This document shows, piece by piece, positions 10,450 to 19,693 of a stretch of 64,000 nucleotides of DNA. The translations under genes and the position numbers were made by a program. The stretch lies in the NCBI GenBank assembly GCA_963745035.1, contig CAVUVW010000014.1:864001-928000 (forward strand). The letters run 5' to 3'. The notes beneath the pieces were generated by a model. The model was given only the letters and a program-made list of their open reading frames with translations. It was not told where the DNA came from and searched no databases. Numbering within the stretch: the stretch's first letter is position 1; each line of letters starts with the position of its first letter. The DNA comes from an uncultured delta proteobacterium (lineage in GTDB: Bacteria; Desulfobacterota; Binatia; UBA9968).

Positions 10450-10519
10450 GTCGATAGAATGACATCGAGGTAAATGCGCCGATACAGCCAATTTTCTAAG
10501 GAGCATGGAGGGTATCCTC

Positions 10520-11527
10520 ATGATCGAAACAAAAGCCCGCCAAATCGTCCTTGCTGCACGACCGCAAGGTAAGCCTCAGCTGACCGACTTCCGTCTTGAG
10601 GAAACCGTGATCCCGACGCCAAGTGCGGGGCGGGTTTTGCTGCGAGTTCAGTATCTATCGCTCGACCCTTACATGCGCGGCCGGATGGATGACCGGAAAT
10701 CCTATGCGAAGCCGGTTGCGCTCGGTGGTGTCATGGAGGGCGAATCCGTTGCGACGGTGATCGCCTCGCAACATCCCGGCTACTCGGAAGGCGACATCGT
10801 CGTTGCCCGGACGGGCTGGCGCACCCACGCGCTGTCGGATGGCGCGGACCTGCGCAAGCTCGATCCGGCCCTCGCGCCGGTCACGACGGCGCTCGGCGTG
10901 CTCGGAATGCCCGGGCATAGCGCGTATGTCGGGCTACTCGATATCGGTCAACCAAAAGCAGGCGAGACTGTGGTGGTCTCGGCGGCGTCGGGCGCAGTCG
11001 GTTCGGTGGTCGGCCAGATCGCCAAGATCAAAGGCTGCCGCGTCGTCGGCGTCGCCGGCGGCGAGGCAAAGTGCCGCTACGTTACGGACGAGCTCGGTTT
11101 CGATGCTTGTGTCGATCATCGCGCGCCCGACTTTGTCGCGGCGCTCGCGCGCGCGTGTCCGAATGGCATCGACGTCGATTTCGAAAATGTTGCGGGGCCA
11201 GTGCTGCAGGCGATTTGGCCGCTACTCAACAATTTCGCGCGCGTGGTCGTCTGTGGTCTGATCGCGCATTACAACGACGCCGCACCACCGCCTGGTCCGG
11301 ACTTGAGATATGTGTTGACTAAGCGTCTCACGGTGCGGGGTTTCATTATTCTCGATCACAGCGCGCGCTTCGGCGACTTCTTGCGCGACGTGTCCGCGTG
11401 GCTGCGCGAAGGGCGGATTAAATACCGCGAAGATATTGTCGAAGGGCTGGAACACGCGCCCGAAGCCCTTGTCGGCATGCTGGAAGGACGCAATTTCGGC
11501 AAGCTGATCGTCCGAGTGGCCGCCTAG
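10520..11527 (+). CDS. NADP-dependent oxidoreductase (CurA/YncB, PGR-like MDR)
   Basis: LAARPQG, YLSLDPYMRGRM, VSAASGAVGSVVGQIAK, GRNFGKLIV. Confidence 0.93.
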   Translation: MIETKARQIVLAARPQGKPQLTDFRLEETVIPTPSAGRVLLRVQYLSLDPYMRGRMDDRKSYAKPVALGGVMEGESVATVIASQHPGYSEGDIVVARTGWRTHALSDGADLRKLDPALAPVTTALGVLGMPGHSAYVGLLDIGQPKAGETVVVSAASGAVGSVVGQIAKIKGCRVVGVAGGEAKCRYVTDELGFDACVDHRAPDFVAALARACPNGIDVDFENVAGPVLQAIWPLLNNFARVVVCGLIAHYNDAAPPPGPDLRYVLTKRLTVRGFIILDHSARFGDFLRDVSAWLREGRIKYREDIVEGLEHAPEALVGMLEGRNFGKLIVRVAA

Positions 11528-11643
11528 ATGCCTGAAGGGAAGGACACACATGAAGATTCCACAATCGGTGCGCGAGCTGTTATCCAAAGCATACGCTGAT
11601 CCGAGAACCGAAGCCCATCAGTGCTCTGAGTCGTTCTCTCGGT

Positions 11644-11736
11644 TGCCGACAGTTCAGCAAATGCTGAAATTTCGGCAGTCTTTTTCGATCGGCAGCTTAG
11701 GTATTTCCGAAGGTTATGCTTGGTCTTCTCATTGCT
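11644..11736 (+). promoter_or_regulatory. Conserved sigma-54 promoter/enhancer block, copy 1
   Basis: Similar to 22131-22222. Palindrome TGCTGAAATTTCGGCA, AT-rich spacer, then TGGTCTTCTCATTGC at 11721-11735. Confidence 0.65.
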
Positions 11737-11792
11737 AGTCTGCCCTCGTCGAGAAGCAGTCAGCGAGAAGCAGTTAGAAGGGAGCAACGGTT

Positions 11793-12410
11793 GTGACATC
11801 AAAGCATTTTTTCGTTGTCATCTGTTATTCAGCGTTACTATTCATCGCGGCCTGTTCGGGAGTCGGCGGCGATGTTCTGGCCGGCCGTAACGCACTACAA
11901 ACCGGGCGGGCCAACGATGCCATAGGGTACTTGGCTCGGGCGGCTGATGCTGATCCCACCTACAAACTTCCCCAGCGGTTCCGGTCGGGGGTGTCGGTCT
12001 ACCTTGGACGAGCATACCTCGAAGCAGGAAGAGACATAGAAGCTCGAAAGACTTTGGAGAGAGCGGTCGCACTCGATAAGAATGATCCGTTGGCACACCT
12101 GTATTTTGGAATCGCGCTGTCAAAGACCGGCGAGCGCGAGCGCGGTCGCAAAGAAATCGAAGACGGTCTTAAAGCGATCGATGACACGCTCGAGTACATC
12201 GCAGAAGACCGCGTCTACGGCTTGTTTTGGGACCCCGCCATGCAAATTCGCAACGATATCCGAAAGTCTTTAGCCGCAAAGCTTGATGATACCCAGCTAA
12301 TCATGGCAGCCGAGCGCATCGGTCGTGACTTCGACGAGGAGATCGACAAAGCGCGACGCGATGAGGCGCGGCGACGCGGCGGCTCTGACAGCGGCGGCGG
12401 CGGGAATTGA
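11793..12410 (+). CDS. Tetratricopeptide-repeat lipoprotein
   Basis: Lipobox FIAAC. TPR patterns YLGRAYLEAG..EARKTLERAVALD and AHLYFGIAL. Confidence 0.8.
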   Translation: MTSKHFFVVICYSALLFIAACSGVGGDVLAGRNALQTGRANDAIGYLARAADADPTYKLPQRFRSGVSVYLGRAYLEAGRDIEARKTLERAVALDKNDPLAHLYFGIALSKTGERERGRKEIEDGLKAIDDTLEYIAEDRVYGLFWDPAMQIRNDIRKSLAAKLDDTQLIMAAERIGRDFDEEIDKARRDEARRRGGSDSGGGGN

Positions 12411-12446
12411 TCGTCCGAGGTTGAAACCACATGGAAGGAACGCATC

Positions 12447-12564
12447 ATGAAAGCTAACGGACTGTTTCTCGCGGCCATACTCGCCGAAGCCCATCGCTGA
12501 TCGACAGTTCGAGATCGAGTTCGTGAGTCCAGACGTGGAGGCGTTTGCGTTTATCTTCGGTTAA
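12447..12564 (+). pseudogene. Internally deleted DipZ-like thioredoxin gene
   Basis: RBS and MKANGLFLAAILA joined out of frame to PKPIADRQFEIEFVSPDVEAFAFIFG*, the typical DipZ C-terminus. Confidence 0.7.
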
Positions 12565-12890
12565 CTCGATGGCGGGTTTCGTAAATTTCACTTTTCTAAA
12601 CGGCCCGTACCGTAAGCACGCGGGTGATACTTGTACTTACTGGACGAAAGTGATCTTAGCTTTAAAGGGAGTATCTGAAATATGGCGCAGGGTCCTGCAG
12701 TTCTTTTATAGCGCGAACGGGCTTTGCAGATCTTTCAACAACTCTTCGCCTAGAACTCGCGATGCCGGTATCTTGGGCAATCCGGCTGAATCGGGAATTC
12801 TAGATTTTTTCTTTGCCCGCGGCATAGACGAGGCGGCTATTTCGACTGGCAGCGCTGCACGAACGCACGTCCGACACGAGGAGAAAAGAA

Positions 12891-13340
12891 ATGAGAAAAT
12901 TCAGCAAGGACCCCGACGCCATCTCGAAGCTCACGCCGGAGCAGTATCGCGTAACGCAGCAAAGCGGCACGGAGGCTCCCGGAACCGGGGAATATCTGGA
13001 TAACAAGGAACCGGGCATCTACGTCGATGTTGTGTCCGGCGAGCCGCTGTTCGTGTCCTCCGACAAGTTTGAATCGGGATGCGGCTGGCCTAGCTTCACC
13101 AAGCCCATCGAACCGGCCAACGTCAACGAGCTGCGAGACACCGCGCACGGCATGGTTCGCACCGAAGTGCGTTCGGCGCACGCCGACAGCCATCTCGGGC
13201 ACGTGTTTCCCGACGGTCCGAAGGACCGCGGCGGATTGCGCTATTGCATCAACTCAGCCTCCCTGCGGTTCATCCATCGGGACGATATGGAAGCCGAGGG
13301 TTATGGGGCTTACTTGAACCAAGTGGAGGATGTCCAATGA
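12891..13340 (+). CDS. msrB: Peptide-methionine (R)-S-oxide reductase
   Basis: [40 protein letters not shown]. Confidence 0.97.
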   Translation: MRKFSKDPDAISKLTPEQYRVTQQSGTEAPGTGEYLDNKEPGIYVDVVSGEPLFVSSDKFESGCGWPSFTKPIEPANVNELRDTAHGMVRTEVRSAHADSHLGHVFPDGPKDRGGLRYCINSASLRFIHRDDMEAEGYGAYLNQVEDVQ

Positions 13341-13858
13341 CTGAGGAACGCGCTGTTCTCGCCGGCGGTTGCTTTTGGGGCGTGCAGGATCTCATTCGCC
13401 GCTACGACGGCGTTCTGTCGACACGGGCCGGCTACACCGGCGGCACCAACTCCCATGCGACGTATCGCAATCATACGGGACACGCGGAAGCAGTCGAGAT
13501 CATCTTTGATCCCGCGCGGGTCAGCTATCGGCAGATCCTCGAATTCTTCTTCCAGATTCACGACCCAAGCACGCGCAATCGCCAGGGCAACGACGTTGGG
13601 ACCAGCTATCGATCTGCGATCTTCTACACCAGTGACGAGCAGAAACGGATTGCCGAAGACACCATCGCCGACGTCGATGCTTCAGGCCTGTGGCCGGGCA
13701 AGGTTGTTACCGAAGTCGTTCCGGCAGGCGACTTCTGGGAGGCCGAACCCGAGCATCAGGATTATCTCCAACGATATCCCGATGGCTACACCTGCCATTT
13801 CGTCCGGCCCAACTGGAGATTGCCGGTTCGGACCGACAAGGTTGCAAAGCAGGCCTAA
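13337..13858 (+). CDS. msrA: Peptide-methionine (S)-S-oxide reductase
   Basis: [35 protein letters not shown] overlap with msrB. Confidence 0.97.
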   Translation: MTEERAVLAGGCFWGVQDLIRRYDGVLSTRAGYTGGTNSHATYRNHTGHAEAVEIIFDPARVSYRQILEFFFQIHDPSTRNRQGNDVGTSYRSAIFYTSDEQKRIAEDTIADVDASGLWPGKVVTEVVPAGDFWEAEPEHQDYLQRYPDGYTCHFVRPNWRLPVRTDKVAKQA

Positions 13859-14019
13859 CAGCAGATCGTCCAGCGAATCGCACGTTAGAGGTGTGCAAAC
13901 CAATGCACAGCGCCGGTACGTAGTACGTTGCTTTGTTGTTGCTGTGCGAGCGATTTCCTTTTGCACCGTCTTTTTGCCGTTGGCCGGATTCCGTGGGTCA
14001 CGACCAACAGGAGCATGCA

Positions 14020-14784
14020 ATGTCCGAAGGTATTATTGGGGCGGTATGGGCCTTCTGCTGGGGATTAGCTGCGGCGTCCGGCGCGCTTGTCGGGGCAATT
14101 CTGGGGCTAATAACGCACCTCCGGCACCGGAGCATCGCGGCTTTCATGTCACTCGGGGCGGGCGTGCTGCTTTCAGCTGCCTCGTTCAAGGTCGTATCCG
14201 AAGCGCTCATGCTGGCCAGCGCAGCATCCGCGGTAAGCGGAATTGTTGCCGGTGCCGCTACGTTCAGCATCGCAAACGCAGCTCTCGCAACCGCCAACGA
14301 CCGGAAGCGCTGCGGGGAATGCAAGCCGCAGCCGTCGGAAGCCGAGGCGCCGGGTAGCGGCACCTCCATTGCGCTCGGCACCGCCCTTGATGCTGTGCCG
14401 GAGGCGCTGGTCCTTGGCGTCACCCTGAGGGCCGGGGGACCGGATCTGGCACTGGTCATCGCGCTTTCGCTCGCGAACGTGCCGGAGGCACTTTCCGGGA
14501 CGGCCGGTATGCGTCTCGCGTCCCGCTCATCCAGCTATGTGCTGATCCTATGGAGCGGTACTGCGCTTGTTACTGCGGCGATCACCGCTCTTGCCTTCTA
14601 CTTCCTGAGTGACCTTGGCCCTCACGCGACGGGAATTCTCAAGTCATACGGAGCCGGGGCGCTCATCGCCATGACGGCGGAAACCATGATCCCGGAGGCC
14701 TTCCACAATGGACCCCGCTATTCCGGCGTTCTCGCCGCTGCGGGGTTCGCAGCCCTCATCCTTCTCGGCGAACTCGCCCGGTGA
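14020..14784 (+). CDS. ZIP family zinc transporter
   Basis: GAGVLLSA, LDAVPEA, LANVPEALSG, ETMIPEAF. About 8 TM segments. Confidence 0.88.
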   Translation: MSEGIIGAVWAFCWGLAAASGALVGAILGLITHLRHRSIAAFMSLGAGVLLSAASFKVVSEALMLASAASAVSGIVAGAATFSIANAALATANDRKRCGECKPQPSEAEAPGSGTSIALGTALDAVPEALVLGVTLRAGGPDLALVIALSLANVPEALSGTAGMRLASRSSSYVLILWSGTALVTAAITALAFYFLSDLGPHATGILKSYGAGALIAMTAETMIPEAFHNGPRYSGVLAAAGFAALILLGELAR

Positions 14785-15026
14785 CTAGTGCGTATCTAAT
14801 TTAGCGGTGGCGGTTTACGGAGAATTGGCCCAAAGCGCTCCAAAAACTCGCGGTGCTATAAATGATGGAGTGTCCTTTGTAAAGAAAACTGCTCAACATG
14901 TCGCAAATGACAGTCTCCCAGATGAGCATCCGGAACACCACGCCGAGCCCTCAGCAGCGGCAGCATTGGCTCAGCGCTAATGTTGTCTTATTTCGATAGT
15001 TCCATACTTCATTACGAGGTTCACAG

Positions 15027-15476
15027 ATGAAGATTTTTGTTGTCAGGCACCGGACGTTCCTCGCACTTGCCGTCTGGGTCGTCATCGGGGTCGGCGGGAT
15101 GAGCCTGGCCCAACAAACCGGGAAGGGCGAAGTGAAGTCGACCCAGCTGTCCCGGCGGGACATCATCGAGAAGCTGGACGGGAAGGACGCTAGTGCGACG
15201 ATGCGAGAAGTGACCTTCGAGCCCGGCCAGAATGATTCGCCGCACCGCCACGCCGGCCCGGTGTTCGGCTACGTCCTGGAGGGCGAATACGAGCACGCCA
15301 TGGACGACGAGCCGGTCAAGACCTACAAGGCCGGTGAAACGTTCTTCGAACCGTCGGGGTCTGTGCACCGGGTGGCCCGGAACCCGAGCGACAAGACCAA
15401 GACCCGCCTCCTGGCTGTGGTCCTGCACCCCCGCGACGCCAAGAACATTACGGTCCGGGAGAAGGGCAAGAAATAG
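15027..15476 (+). CDS. Secreted cupin domain protein
   Basis: Signal peptide; PHRHAGPVFGYVLEG...FFEPSGSVH. Confidence 0.88.
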   Translation: MKIFVVRHRTFLALAVWVVIGVGGMSLAQQTGKGEVKSTQLSRRDIIEKLDGKDASATMREVTFEPGQNDSPHRHAGPVFGYVLEGEYEHAMDDEPVKTYKAGETFFEPSGSVHRVARNPSDKTKTRLLAVVLHPRDAKNITVREKGKK

Positions 15477-15528
15477 GGATCGTGGGGGTAACCGATCGGC
15501 TGCACTTCGAACGCCCGGAGGGTGCTCC

Positions 15529-15672
15529 ATGAAAGCCATTCGACGCGGGGCCGCGGCGGGCCCGAGTCACTCGGCCTTCGAGGACGCACCGGCACCGTTG
15601 CCGGCGTCGGGCGCGGTCCTGGTCCACGGGCTTTCACCTCGCGGCCAAGCACCGGGTTTGTGTTATTCATAG
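15529..15672 (+). pseudogene. N-terminal remnant of an NADP-dependent (quinone) oxidoreductase
   Basis: RBS GGAGG, MKAIR...FEDAPAPLPASGAVLVH, then homology is lost. Confidence 0.55.
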
Positions 15673-15697
15673 TTCCATTCTCCAAAAGGAGGTTCAC

Positions 15698-16639
15698 ATG
15701 AAGATTTTTGTTGCAGGGGGAACGGGAGCGATCGGTCGTCCGCTGATCGCGCAGTTGCTTGCCAAAGGACACACTCTAGTTGCTCTGACCCGTGCCTCAG
15801 AAAAAACTCAGGCTTTAGTGGAGCAAGGCATAGAACCTGCGATCGCCGATGTATTTGATGCCGATGCGGTCAAAGCAGCTGTCAGTCGCGCTCAGCCGGA
15901 AGTCGTGATCGAACAACTCACCGCCCTACCCAGAACCTATACCCGTGAGTCAATGAGTGCCGCCGCTGCGTTCAACACTCGCATCCGTTTAGAAGGGGGT
16001 GCCAATGTGCTGGCAGCCGCGCAAGCGGCGGGTGTGCGGCGTTACCTGAGGCAGTCAATCGCATTCTGGGCGGTTCCTGGTCCTGGCTTGGCAGATGAAG
16101 AAACGCCTCTAGCATTTGATGCCTCGCCAGCGGTTGCAGCAGATGCCCGCGTAGTAACTGAGCTTGAGAAGCGCTTACTAGGAAATCCCAACATAGAAGG
16201 GATTGCTCTGCGTTATGGCTTCTTATATGGGCCCGGCACCTGGTTCAACCCCGATGGCGATGTTGCCCAACAGGTGCGACAGCAACAGTTCCCGATCGTC
16301 GGGAATGGCGAAGGCGTCTGGTCGTGGTTACACATTGAGGACGCGGCGATTGCCACCGTTGCAGCAGCAGAGCAAGGCAATCCTGGGATTTATCTGATTG
16401 CGAATGATCAACCTTTAGCGGTGCGCGAATGGCTCCCTGCGTTTGCTCAATGGCTGAATGCTCCACCACCGCCGCAGATATCGGTTGAGGATGCTCTGAA
16501 AGCGAGTGGTGCGGATGCGGTTTACTACGGGACTCGGATGCGAGGCGTATCGAATGCCAAGGCAAAACGCGAACTGAATTTTCAGCCGCGGCCGTTGGAG
16601 TGGCTCGTTGACACCCATAGCACAATCACAAGCCATTGA
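15698..16639 (+). CDS. NAD-dependent epimerase/dehydratase family protein
   Basis: MKIFVAGGTGAIGRPL, LRYGFLYGPG, SWLHIEDAA, SNAKAKREL. Confidence 0.92.
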   Translation: MKIFVAGGTGAIGRPLIAQLLAKGHTLVALTRASEKTQALVEQGIEPAIADVFDADAVKAAVSRAQPEVVIEQLTALPRTYTRESMSAAAAFNTRIRLEGGANVLAAAQAAGVRRYLRQSIAFWAVPGPGLADEETPLAFDASPAVAADARVVTELEKRLLGNPNIEGIALRYGFLYGPGTWFNPDGDVAQQVRQQQFPIVGNGEGVWSWLHIEDAAIATVAAAEQGNPGIYLIANDQPLAVREWLPAFAQWLNAPPPPQISVEDALKASGADAVYYGTRMRGVSNAKAKRELNFQPRPLEWLVDTHSTITSH

Positions 16640-16677
16640 ACGAGAGAGCAACTTTAATGAAGATGGAGAACAAGGCC

Positions 16678-16880
16678 ATGAGTGAGAAAAATTCAAAGGC
16701 AACGCCGACCGATCTCAGCGGAAATGCGGTTAAGGAAATTTCAAGCGCCTTGCGGCGGCTGCTTGCCGACGTGTTTGCGCTATACGTGAAGACGAAGAAC
16801 TTTCACTGGTACATCAGCGGGCGGCACTTTCGCGATTACCACCTGCTGCTCGACGACCAGTCCACGCAAATCTTTGCGGT
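16678..16880 (+). pseudogene. dps: Truncated Dps N-terminal half, in frame with the downstream cupin
   Basis: LADVFALYVKTKNFHWYISGRHFRDYHLLLDDQ, then homology stops. Near-duplicate of the 23318 copy. Confidence 0.8.
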
Positions 16881-16908
16881 GCCTCGGGCAAAGAACGAAA
16901 GGTCAATT

Positions 16909-17301
16909 ATGCTGAGGAAGAAGATAATAATGGTGGTTCTGCTATCTCTCATGGCCGGCCCGCTGATGGCTCAGGAGGGCAAGGTCACGTCGCTCATAAC
17001 CAAGGATCTGACAGAATTCTCCGGGAAGGAAGGTCTGATGATAACCGTGGAGTATGCGCCCGGCGGATCAGACCCTGTCCATCGACACGATGCACATGCG
17101 TTTGTTTACGTGCTGGAAGGCTCCATCGTGATGCAGGTGAAGGGCGGAAAAGAAGTCACTCTGACACCAGGGCAGACCTTTTACGAAAGCCCCAAAGATG
17201 TCCATGTCGTCAGCCGGAACGCAAGCAAAACCACGCCAGCCAAATTCCTGGTTTTTTTTGTTAAGGACAAGAGCGCTCCGGTGCTAAAGCCAGTGAAGTG
17301 A
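16909..17301 (+). CDS. Secreted cupin domain protein
   Basis: Own RBS (GAAAGG) and signal peptide; VHRHDAHAFVYVLEG...FYESPKDVH. Confidence 0.88.
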   Translation: MLRKKIIMVVLLSLMAGPLMAQEGKVTSLITKDLTEFSGKEGLMITVEYAPGGSDPVHRHDAHAFVYVLEGSIVMQVKGGKEVTLTPGQTFYESPKDVHVVSRNASKTTPAKFLVFFVKDKSAPVLKPVK

Positions 17302-17469
17302 CGCGTGGAGTGTCTTTTCCGCTTGCTCCCATCATTGGCGACGGAGCGCAGGGAATGATGGCTGACGATGTAGCCGACCTCTTCTTTAAGGGACAAGTTG
17401 ATTCTACCGGCGGACGCTCGCATCAACAAATCTCACTTTCGCTGAGACGACTGCATAGGAGCAAAAAAC

Positions 17470-18387
17470 ATGGCAAGTCCCATTCTGGTCACCGGCGCCG
17501 CGGGGCGCGTCGGCGCGGTAGGGCGCACGGTCACCGAACTACTGTTGAAGGAAGGCAAAGCAGTGCGTGCGATGGTGCGAAATGAAGACGAGCGCGCGCA
17601 GGCGTTGCGCGACATGGGTGCCGAAGTCGTGGTCGGAGATCTGCTCGATCTCGATTCGATGCATAGGGTGATTGCCGGCTGCCAGACGATGTACTTCGGC
17701 ATGTCGGTTTCGGATACCTATCTGGCCGCGACGGTCAACGCGGCGGCGGTGGCCAAGCATCACGGCGTGAAGGCGTTCATCAATATGTCGCAGATGACGC
17801 TCGCACAGATGAGCATTACCGAAACCACCCCGAGCCCGCAGCACAAGCTCCACTGGCTCTCCGAGCAGGCGCTGAACTGGTCCGGTCTGCCGGTCGTGCA
17901 CGTACGGCCGACAGTGCTTCTCGAAGGCTTCTTCCTGATTTTCACTGCGGATTCGGTCCGGCAATCAAATCAGATCAGACTACCGTTCGGCGAGGGCAAG
18001 ACTTCGCCGGTCGCAGTGGAAGACGTTGCCCGTGTGCTCGCCGCGCTGCTCGCCAATCCGCAGCCGCACATCGGCAAGATCTATCACCTGACCGGTCCGC
18101 AGTCCGAGAACATGCATTTCTATGCACAGGAATATTCGAAGGCGCTTGGCCGCACGATCACCTTTCAGGACATTCCGGTCGAGCCGTGGCGGGATGGGCT
18201 GCTCCAGCGCGGCTTGCCGGTTCACCTGGTGAACCACCTCGCGACGATGGCCGATCTGCACCGCGCGGGCCGCTACGACCGGATGTCGGACGACGTGCGC
18301 ACCCTAGTCGAGCGAGAGCCGCTGAGCCTGCAGGAGTTCGTCAGGAAGAATGCGGCGGCATTCACCGCGTCGGCGAAAGCGGTCTGA
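17470..18387 (+). CDS. NmrA family NAD(P)H-binding protein
   Basis: ILVTGAAGRVGAVG, SPVAVEDVARV, IYHLTGP. Confidence 0.9.
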   Translation: MASPILVTGAAGRVGAVGRTVTELLLKEGKAVRAMVRNEDERAQALRDMGAEVVVGDLLDLDSMHRVIAGCQTMYFGMSVSDTYLAATVNAAAVAKHHGVKAFINMSQMTLAQMSITETTPSPQHKLHWLSEQALNWSGLPVVHVRPTVLLEGFFLIFTADSVRQSNQIRLPFGEGKTSPVAVEDVARVLAALLANPQPHIGKIYHLTGPQSENMHFYAQEYSKALGRTITFQDIPVEPWRDGLLQRGLPVHLVNHLATMADLHRAGRYDRMSDDVRTLVEREPLSLQEFVRKNAAAFTASAKAV

Positions 18388-18403
18388 GTGTCTGCGGGTG
18401 CCA

Positions 18404-19552
18404 ATGAGCGCGCCTTTCCAAATCCAAACTCCGCCGCTCGCCGCCAATTGCCTGGTCTGCGGCATTCCGCTCGTGGGCTTGACCGCCGTCTTCTTGCGGT
18501 GGCGAGGCATTGGTCGAAGCCCGCGTAATCCTAATTGCTGCACACGGTGCGGCGCCCACCTAGAGGAGGGCCGCCTTGTGGAGATAACGGTGGTCTTCGC
18601 CGATCTCTCCTCTTTTACGGAGATAACCGGCCGCCTCGGGGCAACGACCACCTATTCGGTAGTCGATGAGTTCCTGCGCTTGGCTTCGGCCACACTGGTG
18701 AGCCACGGAGCCTTTATCGACAAGTACATCGGCGATGCGGTGATGGCCTTATTCAATGTTCCGATAAAACGCGCCGACCACGCGGCGGCTGCGGTCGCTG
18801 CGTCTGCAAAGCTGCAAGAGCTTCTTCCCGAGCTTTCCGAGCGGCTGGGCATGCCCCTGCAGGCCTCGATCGGCATAGCCTCAGGCTTTGCTCGTGTCGG
18901 GCGGCTGGGCTCAGATGACATCAAGGATTATACGGCCATCGGCGACGCCGTTAACCAGGCTGCGCGCCTGCAGGCGCAAGCCGGTCCCACCGAAATACTC
19001 GTGTCAGAGGACGTCTATAGAGAGGTAGCGTCAGCCTATCCGGGTGTCCCAGCCGAGACGCTCGTCCTCAAGGGATTCCCGCAACGCACCGTGGCCTATC
19101 GGTTGAACGGCAAGCCGCGTTCTGTGCTCTCCGCTGCCTCGTGGATGCCTGAAGGTCGGCCGGCGATGAACTGGAGCGCCGTGACGCTCGCCTTCCTCGG
19201 CAGCGGCTGCCTTGGGAGCAATATCGCCGCCGCACTGGTGCTTGCCTTTGGCGGAGGCTCGGCGGGTGCGCTTTATGCGCTCGCAAACTGGTTGGACGAC
19301 AGCGCCGCGCGCGTGCCCCTCCTCATGATATCGACATTGGTGGCTTCGATCGTCCTGGTCTCACTCGAGCGTCAACGCCGCATGCGCCGCGACTGTATAG
19401 CCCGTCGCTCGTGCCTTGAGATGACACCCCAGGAAAGTCGTCAGGTGCGGCTTGCGGCCGGCTTGGCGGCGGCGTCTTTGATGCTCATTGCCGTAGAACT
19501 CTTGCTGCACTACGTGATCGGCCATCCGCTGGTTAGACGACCTACCTTATGA
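18404..19552 (+). CDS. Class III adenylate cyclase with Cys-rich N-terminus and 3-TM MerT-like C-terminus
   Basis: VVFADLSSFT, DKYIGDAVMA, DYTAIGDAVNQAARLQ (ATP-specific K/D). N-terminal CLVC...CCTRC. Three C-terminal TMs with a CIARRSC loop. Confidence 0.9.
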   Translation: MSAPFQIQTPPLAANCLVCGIPLVGLTAVFLRWRGIGRSPRNPNCCTRCGAHLEEGRLVEITVVFADLSSFTEITGRLGATTTYSVVDEFLRLASATLVSHGAFIDKYIGDAVMALFNVPIKRADHAAAAVAASAKLQELLPELSERLGMPLQASIGIASGFARVGRLGSDDIKDYTAIGDAVNQAARLQAQAGPTEILVSEDVYREVASAYPGVPAETLVLKGFPQRTVAYRLNGKPRSVLSAASWMPEGRPAMNWSAVTLAFLGSGCLGSNIAAALVLAFGGGSAGALYALANWLDDSAARVPLLMISTLVASIVLVSLERQRRMRRDCIARRSCLEMTPQESRQVRLAAGLAAASLMLIAVELLLHYVIGHPLVRRPTL

Positions 19553-19693
19553 GCTGGCAAATTCGACTGGTTCTAAAGAAGGAGTTTCGCCTGAACGGAT
19601 TTTAATCGGAGTTAGAAAAATGGTCGAAGAGATCAACCACGATCGTCGTCGCTTTCTAGCCACCGCGATAGTGGTTTCAGAAAAGGAGACGCG

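Noticed and set aside
11550-11600. MKIPQSVRELLSKA as the start of a PPOX/F420-type oxidoreductase
   Set aside because: Only about 14 residues after an RBS; suggestive of a remnant but too short to call.
12683-12700. Sigma-54-like TGGCGCAGGGTCCTGCA upstream of msrB
   Set aside because: GG-to-GC spacing is 11 nt rather than 10, unless an indel error is present.
13853-13891. GCCTAAC...GTTAGAG after msrA as an attC site
   Set aside because: Too short (about 38 bp), no L boxes, and the end does not fit GTTRRRY.
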